A DNA stretch of 64,000 nt from Candidatus Marisalimonas marina. GTDB lineage: Bacteria; Pseudomonadota; Alphaproteobacteria; Puniceispirillales; Marisalimonadaceae. The stretch covers positions 120,971 to 184,970 of the forward strand of contig JAYPPH010000006.1 of NCBI GenBank assembly GCA_038131365.1. The letters run 5' to 3'. Positions 41,001 to 50,075 of this stretch are shown here, one piece after another. The stretch's first letter is position 1; each line of letters starts with the position of its first letter. Made by a program: the position numbers and the translations under genes. The notes below the pieces were generated by a model. That model ran no database searches and was not told the DNA's origin. It was given only the letters and a program-made list of their open reading frames with translations.

Positions 41001-41523
41001 TATGTAAGCCTTTAATATTGGCAGCTTCTTCTAAAATTATTCTTCTACTTTCAGGAGTGGAATCTATTATTTGAGAAATTCTACCTTGACTTACAATTCC
41101 AGAAGATCGAGCTCCGGTTCCATTATCAGCAAATATTAATTGAATATCTCTTGATCTGACTTGTTTTCCATTTACTCTATATGTAGAACCTTTTTCTCGT
41201 TCAATTTTCCTCGAAACTTCAATTTCTTCTAGGTGATTAAAATTCGAGGGAGCTTTTTTTTCAGCATTGTCTAATTTAATAGATACTTCGGCAAAATTTC
41301 TTGCTGGTCTATCATTAGTTCCAGAAAAGATAATATCATCCATTCCATCACCACGCATTTGTCTTGCTGAGTTCTCACCCATTGCCCATTTCATGGCTTC
41401 AACAATATTTGATTTTCCGCATCCATTAGGGCCTACAATACCTGTTAAACCTGTTTCAATAGGTATTTCAGTAGTTTCTAAAAATGATTTAAATCCTGAA
41501 ATTCTAATGGATTTAAATTTCAT
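38092..41523 (-). CDS. smc: Chromosome partition protein Smc
   Basis: GFKSF, GPNGCGKSN, long coiled coils, LLSGGEQ, LDEVDAPLD. Confidence 0.96.
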   Translation of the reverse strand: MKFKSIRISGFKSFLETTEIPIETGLTGIVGPNGCGKSNIVEAMKWAMGENSARQMRGDGMDDIIFSGTNDRPARNFAEVSIKLDNAEKKAPSNFNHLEEIEVSRKIEREKGSTYRVNGKQVRSRDIQLIFADNGTGARSSGIVSQGRISQIIDSTPESRRIILEEAANIKGLHSRRHEAELKLNGATDNLSRLMDIEQTYQEQLVELEKQARKAVRYKSVGERLRKAESTLFIKLLNSLEIELKSFKKEYEEASDNVNQAQLDVTKNTKSKLVAFDKIPELKQIEAEKAAFLQSLNIKKIRLEEEKSSANRTLENISNQLSQIELDIERELEIKEDAQKNFLNLMSEEKELKTDSEDFESKINEAKNLVKKLKEKSDEADTKLSSISSQIFSLKSNKENIENRINDLKEKIIKSETQIPQFNLSEDEKNFENNNQKLIEGKEILEEKNKLLVSKKNEYEIIKKTLTDLYKEKNEADNKINLNRAEFNSLSSLLGHNSSNNETLEKSIDNYASLEKSIGSILGETLLAPVLSNLDSKTNTSFWRNNFRSSLQTTLPNGAKPIVDNIKSNSILDIALLGVGVVDNQEKAFQLQNKLSFGQALTTLEGGLWRWDGFVQPPEVQNSYSERLQKLAKLRTLENEIPHLEKKQKSIEKIINENESSLKEIEKYVLELEKEISELIEKNNNLNLLNTKIESKLSSSKILIKEHQNIINVSNKELDLLNAELVNSSNLPQLLAEELEIRTIADQSRNSLTDAMAAEQQLRNHESFRSRNLLQITNQKNNWKKREQEAITRLSSLRDRQKDLMEKKQNLLDLPDDFKKKDDELNQEIEKALLLRNKAADNLVEAETNLNNLEKLEKQSEQKVSFLREEMIKIEAKLNLSKNQVKNIEDRVFEKLRINTDQLYEIANLNKNDEINTSTEILEKTVQRLLNERDSIGAVNLRAEVEMNEMKEKIKTMSDERIDLEQAIDKLKTGIFELNKEGRQRLKESFEEVNKNFKNLFQKLFGGGNAELKLIGDEDPLNAGLEVLASPPGKKMQLLSLLSGGEQALTAISLIFSVFLCNPAPICILDEVDAPLDDSNVGRFCNLLEKISEETDTYFLVVTHHRLTMAKMDRLFGVTMEQKGISRLVGVNLEQANRMKKSA

Positions 41524-41542
41524 ATAATTCCCTTTGTAAAAA

Positions 41543-42175
41543 TTAAGAGTTTTTATACTCAGTTAGTTCAAAAAGTTTTTTTTCAAAATCCTTAAATGTT
41601 AGAGCGCCTGTAATTTTATGTTTATTATTAATAATGAATGTAGGTGTAGATTCTATATTAAAATTCTTAGTTTCTTCTTCCATTTTATTAACAATTTTTT
41701 GCATTAGTGGAATATTTTGAACTATAGAATCAAATTTATTAGAGCTAATACCAAACAATTTGGAGATTGATCGTAACTCATCAATGGGTTTATTTGAGTA
41801 AGCCCATTGTTTTTGCTTTTTTAACAAAATTGCTATTGCCTCAACATACCCTTTTTCTGTGGGTATTGTTCTAGCCAAAGTTGCAGCGATGATAGCTAGT
41901 CTATCAAGAGGGTAATCAATGAACTCAAGCTGTACTTTGCCCGTATCGATATATTTTTTTTTAAATTCAGGAAGTGTCTTATTATGAAAATTTGCACAAT
42001 GACCACAGGTTAATGAAAAATATTCTTTTATTTTTATTGGTGCTGTATTTGAACCTATAAAATGCTTCCTTAATTCATCATTATTTTGTTTTGCCAGTGT
42101 AATTCTAGGCAACAAACAAAATGTCAACATTGTAAATAAGAAATTTCGCCTCACCATAACCAAACTTTTTTTCAA
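41543..42175 (-). CDS. DsbA family thiol-disulfide oxidoreductase
   Basis: EYFSLTCGHCANF, cis-Pro loop STPTFIIN, N-terminal RRNFL signal. Confidence 0.88.
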   Translation of the reverse strand: MKKSLVMVRRNFLFTMLTFCLLPRITLAKQNNDELRKHFIGSNTAPIKIKEYFSLTCGHCANFHNKTLPEFKKKYIDTGKVQLEFIDYPLDRLAIIAATLARTIPTEKGYVEAIAILLKKQKQWAYSNKPIDELRSISKLFGISSNKFDSIVQNIPLMQKIVNKMEEETKNFNIESTPTFIINNKHKITGALTFKDFEKKLFELTEYKNS

Positions 42176-42261
42176 AATTCCATCCTCGTGCTTGTAACTA
42201 GTAAATATATATATTTATATCAAAACTAAATCAAAAAATATTAGATTTTTAACTATTGAAA

Positions 42262-42708
42262 TTATCTCCTAGAAAGTTCCCATTTTTTCATTGCTAATTT
42301 TAATTCATTATCTTTTATAGTGTCTGATATTAGAGGTCTTTTATTTTCTTTAACATTATTTTTTAAAACTTTTTCTTTCTGATCAATGAAACCTATATCC
42401 GTTTGTAAGATTTTAATTTTAGAAATTGCTTTATACCCAAACCTTGCGTTGATTTGATTTATTAAAAAGGGGATCGCCATTTGGATTTCAGGTCCAAAAC
42501 CACTTTGTACCTTCAAAGTAATTTGTCCATCCATTTTTTTTTTATTATAAAATTTTATATTTTCTGGGAAAGTAATCCCAGCGTATTTTTCAGCTATGTG
42601 ATGCCAATTTAGGAAAATATGGGTTTGAATTGAGCCCAGCCTACTTATTTTCTTTTCAACAATTTTTTCTGTAATTTTTAAAAGAGGTTTCATTTTTTTA
42701 AATAACAT
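42262..42708 (-). CDS. DUF721/DciA family protein
   Basis: W..I...A....PE.I, L.IN..FGY.AISKIKI.Q; mutY-DUF721-dsbA-smc neighbourhood. Confidence 0.75.
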   Translation of the reverse strand: MLFKKMKPLLKITEKIVEKKISRLGSIQTHIFLNWHHIAEKYAGITFPENIKFYNKKKMDGQITLKVQSGFGPEIQMAIPFLINQINARFGYKAISKIKILQTDIGFIDQKEKVLKNNVKENKRPLISDTIKDNELKLAMKKWELSRR

Positions 42709-42738
42709 TTTGTAGTAAAGATATATATATAATTACTC

Positions 42739-43854
42739 ATGATTAAAACAAAAAAAAATAACAATGAAAAATTCTCTGTTAGGTTATTACACTGGTATGA
42801 TAACAACAAAAGAAATTTACCTTGGAGAGCCTTAACCGGGGAGAATCCTAATCCTTATCATGTATATTTGTCCGAAATAATGTTGCAGCAAACTGTTGTA
42901 AAAACAGTTATTCCCTATTTTTTAAAGTTTGTAAAAAAATGGCCAACTATTACAAGTTTAGCTAACGCCAATTTTGAAGAAATTTCTCAATATTGGGCAG
43001 GATTAGGTTATTATAGACGTGCAAAAAACTTACATGAAACTGCCATGCAGATTGTAAAAAATCATGGTGGTATTATTCCAAATAATAAAAAAACTTTATT
43101 GAGTTTGCCAGGGATTGGGGAATACACATCATCTGCAATAGTTGCTATTGCTTTTGGGAAAAAAGCAAATGTTATAGATGGAAATGTTGAAAGAATTTTT
43201 TCAAGACTATTCAAAATTCAAAAACCTATTAAAGATGCTAAAGATCAAATTATTGACTATTCTAACAAATATTTACCTATTGATAGATATGGAGATTATG
43301 CTCAGGCGCTTATGGATTTAGGGTCTTTAATTTGTATCCCTAAAAATCCACGTTGTTCTGTATGTCCTATAATTGAGTTTTGCCAAGCTGGCTCTGATTT
43401 GTCAGCAAAACAATATCCCAAAAAAAGTTTAAAAATAAAAAAACCTGAAAGATATGGCTTGTTTTATTGTTTATTAAACAAAAAGGGTGAGCTTCTTATC
43501 ACTACTAATAAGAATAAGGGATTATTAGCTAATATGAACGTCTTACCATCAGTTGGGTGGTATGAAGAGGAAAACCGGTTTTCTAAAAAGCCACAATTTA
43601 TAGAGATTAAAGATTCTTTATTTAATCTTGAATGGCAATTTATTGAAAGTAAAATTGTACATGCATTTACGCATTTTAATTTAAATGTCTCAATTGCAAC
43701 AACATTGGTTGAAGATGATATTGTTTTAAAAAAATATTTATTAAAAGGAAATTATAAGTTTGTTAAAGCGAAAAAAATAAAAGATTTAGGCTTACCGAGT
43801 ATTATGAAAAAAATTATAAGACATCTCCAAGATGAAAATATTATTAAAATTTAA
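42739..43854 (+). CDS. mutY: A/G-specific adenine glycosylase
   Basis: LSEIMLQQT, WAGLGYYRRA, LPGIGEYT, DGNVER, CIPKNPRCSVCPI..C Fe-S motif, HAFTHF. Confidence 0.96.
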   Translation: MIKTKKNNNEKFSVRLLHWYDNNKRNLPWRALTGENPNPYHVYLSEIMLQQTVVKTVIPYFLKFVKKWPTITSLANANFEEISQYWAGLGYYRRAKNLHETAMQIVKNHGGIIPNNKKTLLSLPGIGEYTSSAIVAIAFGKKANVIDGNVERIFSRLFKIQKPIKDAKDQIIDYSNKYLPIDRYGDYAQALMDLGSLICIPKNPRCSVCPIIEFCQAGSDLSAKQYPKKSLKIKKPERYGLFYCLLNKKGELLITTNKNKGLLANMNVLPSVGWYEEENRFSKKPQFIEIKDSLFNLEWQFIESKIVHAFTHFNLNVSIATTLVEDDIVLKKYLLKGNYKFVKAKKIKDLGLPSIMKKIIRHLQDENIIKI

Positions 43855-45461
43855 TGCTTAAAATGTCTTATTGAAGTAAAAACCATCGCGATGTTTCTAT
43901 CATTTGCCGCCTCTATTACTTCTTTATCTCTAATTGATCCTCCAGGTTGAATCACGGCAGTTACACCTGCTTCTGCGGCGGCAATCAAACCATCTGCAAA
44001 TGGGAAAAAGGCGTCACTTGCAACTACACTATTTTTAATCATTGAATCTTCTAAATTAGCAATTAATGCGGACTGTTTGGCTTTCTCTATAGCTATTTTA
44101 GTAGAATCTATTCTACTCATTTGACCTGCTCCAATTCCAACAGTTTGAAGATTCTTTGCGTAAATTATTGCATTTGACTTTGTATGTTTTGCAACTTTCC
44201 AAGCAAAAAGTAGATTATTAATTTCATCTTCAGTGGGTCTTTTCTTAGTCACAATTTTTAAACTATTCTTGTCCAAAACATGATTGTCACGTGTTTGAAC
44301 AAGCATGCCTCCTGCTATTGATCTAATTGTTAAACCATCCTCAGAAGGTTTTGGAATTGAAGTAGAAGACAAAATTCTTACATTTGGCTTTTCCTTGAAT
44401 ATTTCCAAGGCATCTTCGTCAACGCTTGGAGCAATTATTACTTCTAAAAATAATGATTTTAATTCACGTGCTAAATTTGCTGTTAAATTTCTATTAATAG
44501 CCACAATGCCGCCAAATGCACTTACTGGGTCAGTTTGAAGTGCATTCTTCCATGCTTCATTAATGTCATCATTCTCTGCAACACCACAAGGATTAGCGTG
44601 TTTTATAATTGCTACTGCTGGTTTTTCAAATTCACAAATCAATTCAAATGCAGCATCAGCATCATTGATATTATTGTATGAGAGCTCTTTACCATGCAAT
44701 TGGATAGATTTAGCAACACCTATTCTGTTATCAGTTGTTTTGTAAAAAGAAGCTTTTTGGTGTGGATTTTCCCCGTATCGCATTTCAAGTGATTTTTCTA
44801 ATTCTAATGTAATTCTTTCAGGTAATTTTGTAGTGTCATTTTCATTTTTGTTAAACCAATTCGAAATTGCTAAATCGTATTCATTTGTTAATTTAAAGGC
44901 TTTACCTGCAAGAAATTTTCTAAATTCATAGGTTGTTGAACAATTATCATCTAATTGTTTTAAAAGTTCACTATAATCTTCTGGATCTGTTATGACAGTT
45001 ACGAATTCGTGATTTTTTGCAGAAGCTCGAAGCATTGCAGGCCCTCCAATATCAATATTTTCAATAATTTTTAAATTATCAGAAGTTTGATTAAGGGTTT
45101 CTTTAAATTTGTATAGATTGATTATGACAAGATCAATTTCTTGAATTTCATGTTTTGCAGTTTCCGAAACATGAGTTGGATTGTTTCGTCTACTTAAAAT
45201 GCCACCATGTATTTTAGGGTGTAATGTTTTTACCCTTCCATCTAAAATTTCAGGGAAACTTGTTATATCTGTAATGTCGGTCACAGGTATAGAATTTTCT
45301 TTTAAAAATTTTGCAGTACCACCAGTAGAAAGTATTTCAATCTTAAACTTGATAAGATTTTTTGCTAATATTTCAATATTACTTTTATCAGTAACAGAAA
45401 TTAGTGCTCTTTTTATTCTAACATTACCTTTAAAAACATTGCTTAAATCTGAAGTGGTCAT
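43851..45461 (-). CDS. purH: Bifunctional AICAR transformylase/IMP cyclohydrolase
   Basis: RALISVTDK, GRVKTLHP, IDIGGP, RYGENPHQ, SDAFFPF, RHFKH. Confidence 0.97.
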   Translation of the reverse strand: MTTSDLSNVFKGNVRIKRALISVTDKSNIEILAKNLIKFKIEILSTGGTAKFLKENSIPVTDITDITSFPEILDGRVKTLHPKIHGGILSRRNNPTHVSETAKHEIQEIDLVIINLYKFKETLNQTSDNLKIIENIDIGGPAMLRASAKNHEFVTVITDPEDYSELLKQLDDNCSTTYEFRKFLAGKAFKLTNEYDLAISNWFNKNENDTTKLPERITLELEKSLEMRYGENPHQKASFYKTTDNRIGVAKSIQLHGKELSYNNINDADAAFELICEFEKPAVAIIKHANPCGVAENDDINEAWKNALQTDPVSAFGGIVAINRNLTANLARELKSLFLEVIIAPSVDEDALEIFKEKPNVRILSSTSIPKPSEDGLTIRSIAGGMLVQTRDNHVLDKNSLKIVTKKRPTEDEINNLLFAWKVAKHTKSNAIIYAKNLQTVGIGAGQMSRIDSTKIAIEKAKQSALIANLEDSMIKNSVVASDAFFPFADGLIAAAEAGVTAVIQPGGSIRDKEVIEAANDRNIAMVFTSIRHFKH

Positions 45462-45531
45462 TTTATAATTTATTCCTAATTAAAATATGATAATGGAATA
45501 GTTTCTTTTTCTATCTTTAGTCAATAAAAAT

Positions 45532-47076
45532 TTAATTTTGAAGTTGGAATCCCCAATCACAGGAAATTGTGTTATGGGCTCTTATTGTTTCGATCCTCAT
45601 AGTAATCATTATTTCTTTACAAGGGACAGGTCCATTAAGACCAAACATAACGGAATCCTGTATATTAATGTTTTGATTACTAGAAGTCATTTTCCATACA
45701 AATCCCTTTGAATGTTTTAATAAAATTGATCCATTCCTTGTCTTTATAAGTTCTATATTTGGAGAAATGTGAAATCGAATATATGCGTTTTTAGGAATTG
45801 TGCCTACATTCCCAATGCTTATAATTTCATCTTTACCTTTAATCTCATTATTGTTTCGAGGTAGATAAATCTGTCTACAATGATTAACTCCATAAATGGA
45901 GCCATAGCCTGAATGCATAACGTTAATTATGCTCCCTTCGTTGGTTTTCTGATATTTCGAATTTAAGATCTCTATTTTTCTTTTTCCGGTTAAATCCACA
46001 TTGTTTCTATCATCAATATTTAGAGTAGAATGAGCAGCTGTTGAGGCTAAGGAGTTATTCATACTCTTGACGTTGGACCCAGATATTTCCCCTAAATTAG
46101 AAATTATTTTTTCTTTTTTGAAGAAAAGTTCGAATGCAAATAAACTTGCCTTTGTATCAACTGAAACTTTTTGTGGAAGTCCAATGTCCATAAATATCAC
46201 TGTATCATTTGAAGATAATCTGCAATACCCAGATTCTTCAGCAACATTAAAGATTCTATTTTTATAACCGATCCTATTTAGAGTTTGTTTAATAAGGTTT
46301 TTTTCTACTAAACTTCCACCGTTAAACCAGGCGAAACTTTCATTTGGCATTTGAAAGCTTCTACAAAATTCACCCATTTTTATAGTTAAATTATGCAAAT
46401 ATTCTGCATCAATATTTTTTAAAATCGCAATAATTGACCTTATTTCAACTAGATGTCTTAGGAGTATTAATTGTTTTGCAGGGCTTCGTGATTTGTGACC
46501 ACCATCAGGATCAATTAAAGTATCAACGGCCTCGTATACTAAGTCTATCATTTTATGAATATTCTTAATATCTTTATACAATATTGATTTAGCTATAAAA
46601 ATACCTTTGATAATAATAATTTTATTTAATGGGCTGTGAGTTTCTTCAAGTTTAAGTTCTAGAAACTTTGCTTGTATCGCTATTGAATTTAAAACTTTTT
46701 TTTGAAATTTTAATTCGCCGCTCTCTACAAACCAAGAATAATTAAAGCACCAACAACTTATTCTTTCTGCCATTGTGCCTGAATTAAATGCTTCAGAACG
46801 GAGATTTATGTCTTGATCAATCCATTCATCAACTAATGAACGGGCAATTGACCTGGCCTTAATGCTGCCATCTGATTTCAAGTCTCTTAAAAACTTAAAC
46901 TTATTGAAATCATGTATTTGTCTGGGATTGATATTGCCACTTATAATTTTTTGGCCTTTAATTCCATCTCCATGCCAATTATCAGTCAGTCTTCTTTCTG
47001 GAGAGTTAACAGGTTCTATTTTTAGTTTTTGTTTAAGAAAATAATTGTTAGTTATTAAATTTAAAAAATCCAACAT
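45532..47076 (-). CDS. Heparinase II/III-like family protein
   Basis: DGGHKSRSP, FAWFNGG, ISNLG, STAAHSTL, HSGY, RFH in the C-terminal domain; upstream of purH as commonly seen in alphaproteobacteria. Confidence 0.7.
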   Translation of the reverse strand: MLDFLNLITNNYFLKQKLKIEPVNSPERRLTDNWHGDGIKGQKIISGNINPRQIHDFNKFKFLRDLKSDGSIKARSIARSLVDEWIDQDINLRSEAFNSGTMAERISCWCFNYSWFVESGELKFQKKVLNSIAIQAKFLELKLEETHSPLNKIIIIKGIFIAKSILYKDIKNIHKMIDLVYEAVDTLIDPDGGHKSRSPAKQLILLRHLVEIRSIIAILKNIDAEYLHNLTIKMGEFCRSFQMPNESFAWFNGGSLVEKNLIKQTLNRIGYKNRIFNVAEESGYCRLSSNDTVIFMDIGLPQKVSVDTKASLFAFELFFKKEKIISNLGEISGSNVKSMNNSLASTAAHSTLNIDDRNNVDLTGKRKIEILNSKYQKTNEGSIINVMHSGYGSIYGVNHCRQIYLPRNNNEIKGKDEIISIGNVGTIPKNAYIRFHISPNIELIKTRNGSILLKHSKGFVWKMTSSNQNINIQDSVMFGLNGPVPCKEIMITMRIETIRAHNTISCDWGFQLQN

Positions 47077-47081
47077 TAAAA

Positions 47082-48443
47082 TTATTTTTCCATTTTTAGT
47101 AAAGCTATAAAAAAACCATCTGAACCATCCATAACATTTTTAAAATTAAAATTAAAATGGTTTGGGAGAATTCTAATAAAACCTTCTTTGGTAATACAAC
47201 AATCTATTTTGGGATATTCTCCATTTAAGAAAGGAATAATTGAGAAGTTTTTATTTTCTTGTAAAAATTTTTCTATTCTTCGTTCTCCCTCAATTTTTTG
47301 AAGAGAGCATGTGACATACATTATTAGTCCATTTTTATTTAATATTTTAGAAGCATTTTCAAGAATTTTGTCTTGAAGAGATGTAAAATCATTTAAATTT
47401 TCTGGAGCAGGTTTAATAAAAATGTCTGCATTTTTCCTTATTGTCCCTGTTGAAGAACAAGGTGCATCTATCAAAATGACATCATAATCAAAATCAGGTT
47501 TATATAGTTCTGCCTCAACATTAATTAGTTTAGGGTTAAAATTTAATCTTTTCATATTAGTTAAAAATTCTTTTGATCTAAACTTACTCTTTTCAATGCT
47601 AATTACGTCTATATCATTATCAAGAAGTTGTGCTGTTTTACCTCCAGGAGCACTACACATATCCAAAACTTTGAGTAAATTATTTTCACATGAGAAATGA
47701 ATTTTTAATTTCGATAATAATAAATTACAGGCAATTTGTGAGGCGGCGTCTTGTATCCACCACACCCCATCAGAATAATAAGGTATAGTTTCAACAGGAT
47801 TTTTAAACATGCATCGAATTACATTAGGAAAAATTTCTGTTCCTTGAACTGCTGATTTCAATTCTTCTAATTGAGTTTTAGTTATTCTATTTGAGACGAC
47901 AATATCAAGTGGAGGGCGAGACATGGCTATATTGACAATTTCTATTACATTTTCTTGTCCATAGGATGTAGTCCAGCTATTTAATAACCATTCAGGTAAG
48001 TTTTTGGTATTGTCAGACGAGGATTTTAAACATTCATCAATATTTAATGCTATCTTTCTTAAAATTGCATTTACTAGTTTAGCTTGTTTTTCTCCAATAA
48101 GATTTTTTGAGTATTTTACTGCCTCGTCTATGACTGCATATGGTGGTATTTTAAGCCAAATAATTTCCACAGTCGCCATAGTTAAAACGCTATTTAAAAG
48201 TCTATTTTTTTTATCAATTCCAAAATTTGAGTATTGATTATAAATATTTTCAGCATGTTTGTGACGCCGCATTGCAGTATTGAGAAGTAAATATAAAAAG
48301 GATTTATCTCTAGTCTCTAGTTTTTTAAAATCAAATGAGGTATTTAAAATTTTATCTAGAGCTCGATTTTTATAAAAAAGAAGGATCCAAATGTTGATCG
48401 CAACTAATCTAGGATTTTTTTTATAAACTTTTAATGGTTTCAA
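47082..48443 (-). CDS. RsmB/NOP family rRNA m5C methyltransferase with NusB-like N-domain
   Basis: IQDAAS, LDMCSAPGGKT, IDAPCSSTGT, YVTCSL, DGFF. Confidence 0.9.
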   Translation of the reverse strand: MKPLKVYKKNPRLVAINIWILLFYKNRALDKILNTSFDFKKLETRDKSFLYLLLNTAMRRHKHAENIYNQYSNFGIDKKNRLLNSVLTMATVEIIWLKIPPYAVIDEAVKYSKNLIGEKQAKLVNAILRKIALNIDECLKSSSDNTKNLPEWLLNSWTTSYGQENVIEIVNIAMSRPPLDIVVSNRITKTQLEELKSAVQGTEIFPNVIRCMFKNPVETIPYYSDGVWWIQDAASQIACNLLLSKLKIHFSCENNLLKVLDMCSAPGGKTAQLLDNDIDVISIEKSKFRSKEFLTNMKRLNFNPKLINVEAELYKPDFDYDVILIDAPCSSTGTIRKNADIFIKPAPENLNDFTSLQDKILENASKILNKNGLIMYVTCSLQKIEGERRIEKFLQENKNFSIIPFLNGEYPKIDCCITKEGFIRILPNHFNFNFKNVMDGSDGFFIALLKMEK

Positions 48444-48522
48444 AATAGTTCCGTTTTCTGTATTTTGTTATTAAACATGTTATAAGGTTTGATAAAGTCT
48501 AGCTATTGGAAAGTAAATTATA

Positions 48523-48687
48523 ATGGAAAAAACTATACCAAAATCTTCTAAGCTTGTAGATGAAAATGACAACTCTATGAAGCCAACAGATAATAAATCT
48601 ATGCCCAAAGAGACAGGTGGCCCTAAAGGTCTAGAACCAACAAGATATGGTGATTGGGAAAAATCAGGTAGATGTTCTGATTTTTAA
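48523..48687 (+). CDS. DUF1674 / SDHAF4 (Sdh8)-like small protein, not in ORF track
   Basis: Hand translation MEKTIPKSSKLVDENDNSMKPTDNKSMPKETGGPKGLEPTRYGDWEKSGRCSDF*; GGPKGLEPTRYGDWE..GRC.DF is the family signature. Confidence 0.92.
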   Translation: MEKTIPKSSKLVDENDNSMKPTDNKSMPKETGGPKGLEPTRYGDWEKSGRCSDF

Positions 48688-48713
48688 TTAGTTTCAGCTT
48701 GAAGTTTAAGATT

Positions 48714-49061
48714 ATGGATGAATTAAAATCAGAAATAATAATTAATGCTGGAATTAGAGCGGCGGAGAGAAAATTTGCAAGTGCTTATGTGACAAAGAAA
48801 GGTGATGTAGATGCAGGCGCAATTTTTGTAAAAATCAATACTCTTGATGGCAAAGCTAAACTTTTTGTAAGAAGTTCTTTGTATGATTTTGAAGAAGATA
48901 AACACAAGTTTAGTTTTGAAGATTTATATCCATCCCAAATTATGTCAGTCGATGATATCGATAAGAGAATCTTCAAAGAAATTAATATAGATATGGACTG
49001 CTGGGTTATTGAGATTGAAGATAAAAAAGGATATAATCCTTTCGAAAATTTAAATTGTTAG
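48714..49061 (+). CDS. DUF1491 family protein (likely start MDELK at 48714)
   Basis: LKSE...A.IR, KKGD.DAGAIFVK, D.DCWVIEIED. Confidence 0.82.
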   Translation: MDELKSEIIINAGIRAAERKFASAYVTKKGDVDAGAIFVKINTLDGKAKLFVRSSLYDFEEDKHKFSFEDLYPSQIMSVDDIDKRIFKEINIDMDCWVIEIEDKKGYNPFENLNC

Positions 49062-50066
49062 TTTCTCTATTAATTCGTTCCTTTTATATAAATTTAAATA
49101 ATCAGCTTTCAATTTTAATATTGCATTAATGTGTTTTAGGGTAGGTATCTCAATTTCTAGTTTATTACCTATTTCTATGATAGCACTCATGATGGGATCT
49201 ATTTCTAACGGTCTTCTCATTTCTACATCTTGTCTAGTTGAAGGTTTGTGACCTTTAATTGAAGCTGCGCCATTAATCCTGTTCTCAATAGAGACATTAA
49301 AGTTAACTCCAATAGCTTCCCCAACTTTTTGACACTCCTCCATCATTTTTTTAATTAGTTTCCTTGTACTTGGATCATTGCCAATAATGTCTAAGCTTGC
49401 TCCTGTTAAAGCGCTGATAGGATTAAAAGTACAGTTACCCCAAAGTTTAATCCAAATTTCATCTCTCAAATTTTTCTTTTGTGGAGCTTTAAGTCCACCC
49501 TTGATAAAAAGATCAGATAATATTTTTAATCTCTCTGAACTCTCCCCATTTGGTTCTCCGAGGCTAAACCTATTTCCTTCAATATGTTTTATAACACCCG
49601 GACTTTCAATTTCACATGCAGGGTAAACAACACAACCAAGAGCTCTTTTAGGGTTTATGGTTTTCCAAATAATTCCACCAGGATCAACAGAGTCTACATG
49701 AGAATTTTCCAAAATCGTTTGTGAACCACATTTATAGAAATACCACCATGGTAAACCATTAACTGCTGATAAAACGGTAGTGTTTGAGTGTAAAAGTGGT
49801 TTTAAGTTTTCGACAATTGGACTTATTGCATGAGCTTTTACAGCTATGATTACATAGTCTTGCTCTCCTAATTCAAAAGTATTATCTGATACTTTCAAAT
49901 TAAATTTTTCTTTACCTTTATCTGAAATTAGAGCTAATCCATTTTTTTGAATAGCTTCTTTATGTGGCCCTCTTGCTACTAATGATACTTCTGCACCTGC
50001 CTTAGCAAGGCTACACCCTATATATCCACCAATAGCCCCAGCGCCAAATATACAAATTTTAGTCAT
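49050..50066 (-). CDS. Ketopantoate-reductase family protein, PanE2/oxalyl-CoA reductase-like
   Basis: ICIFGAGAIGG, VNGLPWWYF, IWIKLWGN..FNPISAL, STRQD....RPLEID; directly downstream of an oxalate-CoA ligase-like gene. Confidence 0.8.
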   Translation of the reverse strand: MTKICIFGAGAIGGYIGCSLAKAGAEVSLVARGPHKEAIQKNGLALISDKGKEKFNLKVSDNTFELGEQDYVIIAVKAHAISPIVENLKPLLHSNTTVLSAVNGLPWWYFYKCGSQTILENSHVDSVDPGGIIWKTINPKRALGCVVYPACEIESPGVIKHIEGNRFSLGEPNGESSERLKILSDLFIKGGLKAPQKKNLRDEIWIKLWGNCTFNPISALTGASLDIIGNDPSTRKLIKKMMEECQKVGEAIGVNFNVSIENRINGAASIKGHKPSTRQDVEMRRPLEIDPIMSAIIEIGNKLEIEIPTLKHINAILKLKADYLNLYKRNELIEKLTI

Positions 50067-50075
50067 TTTGGTGTC

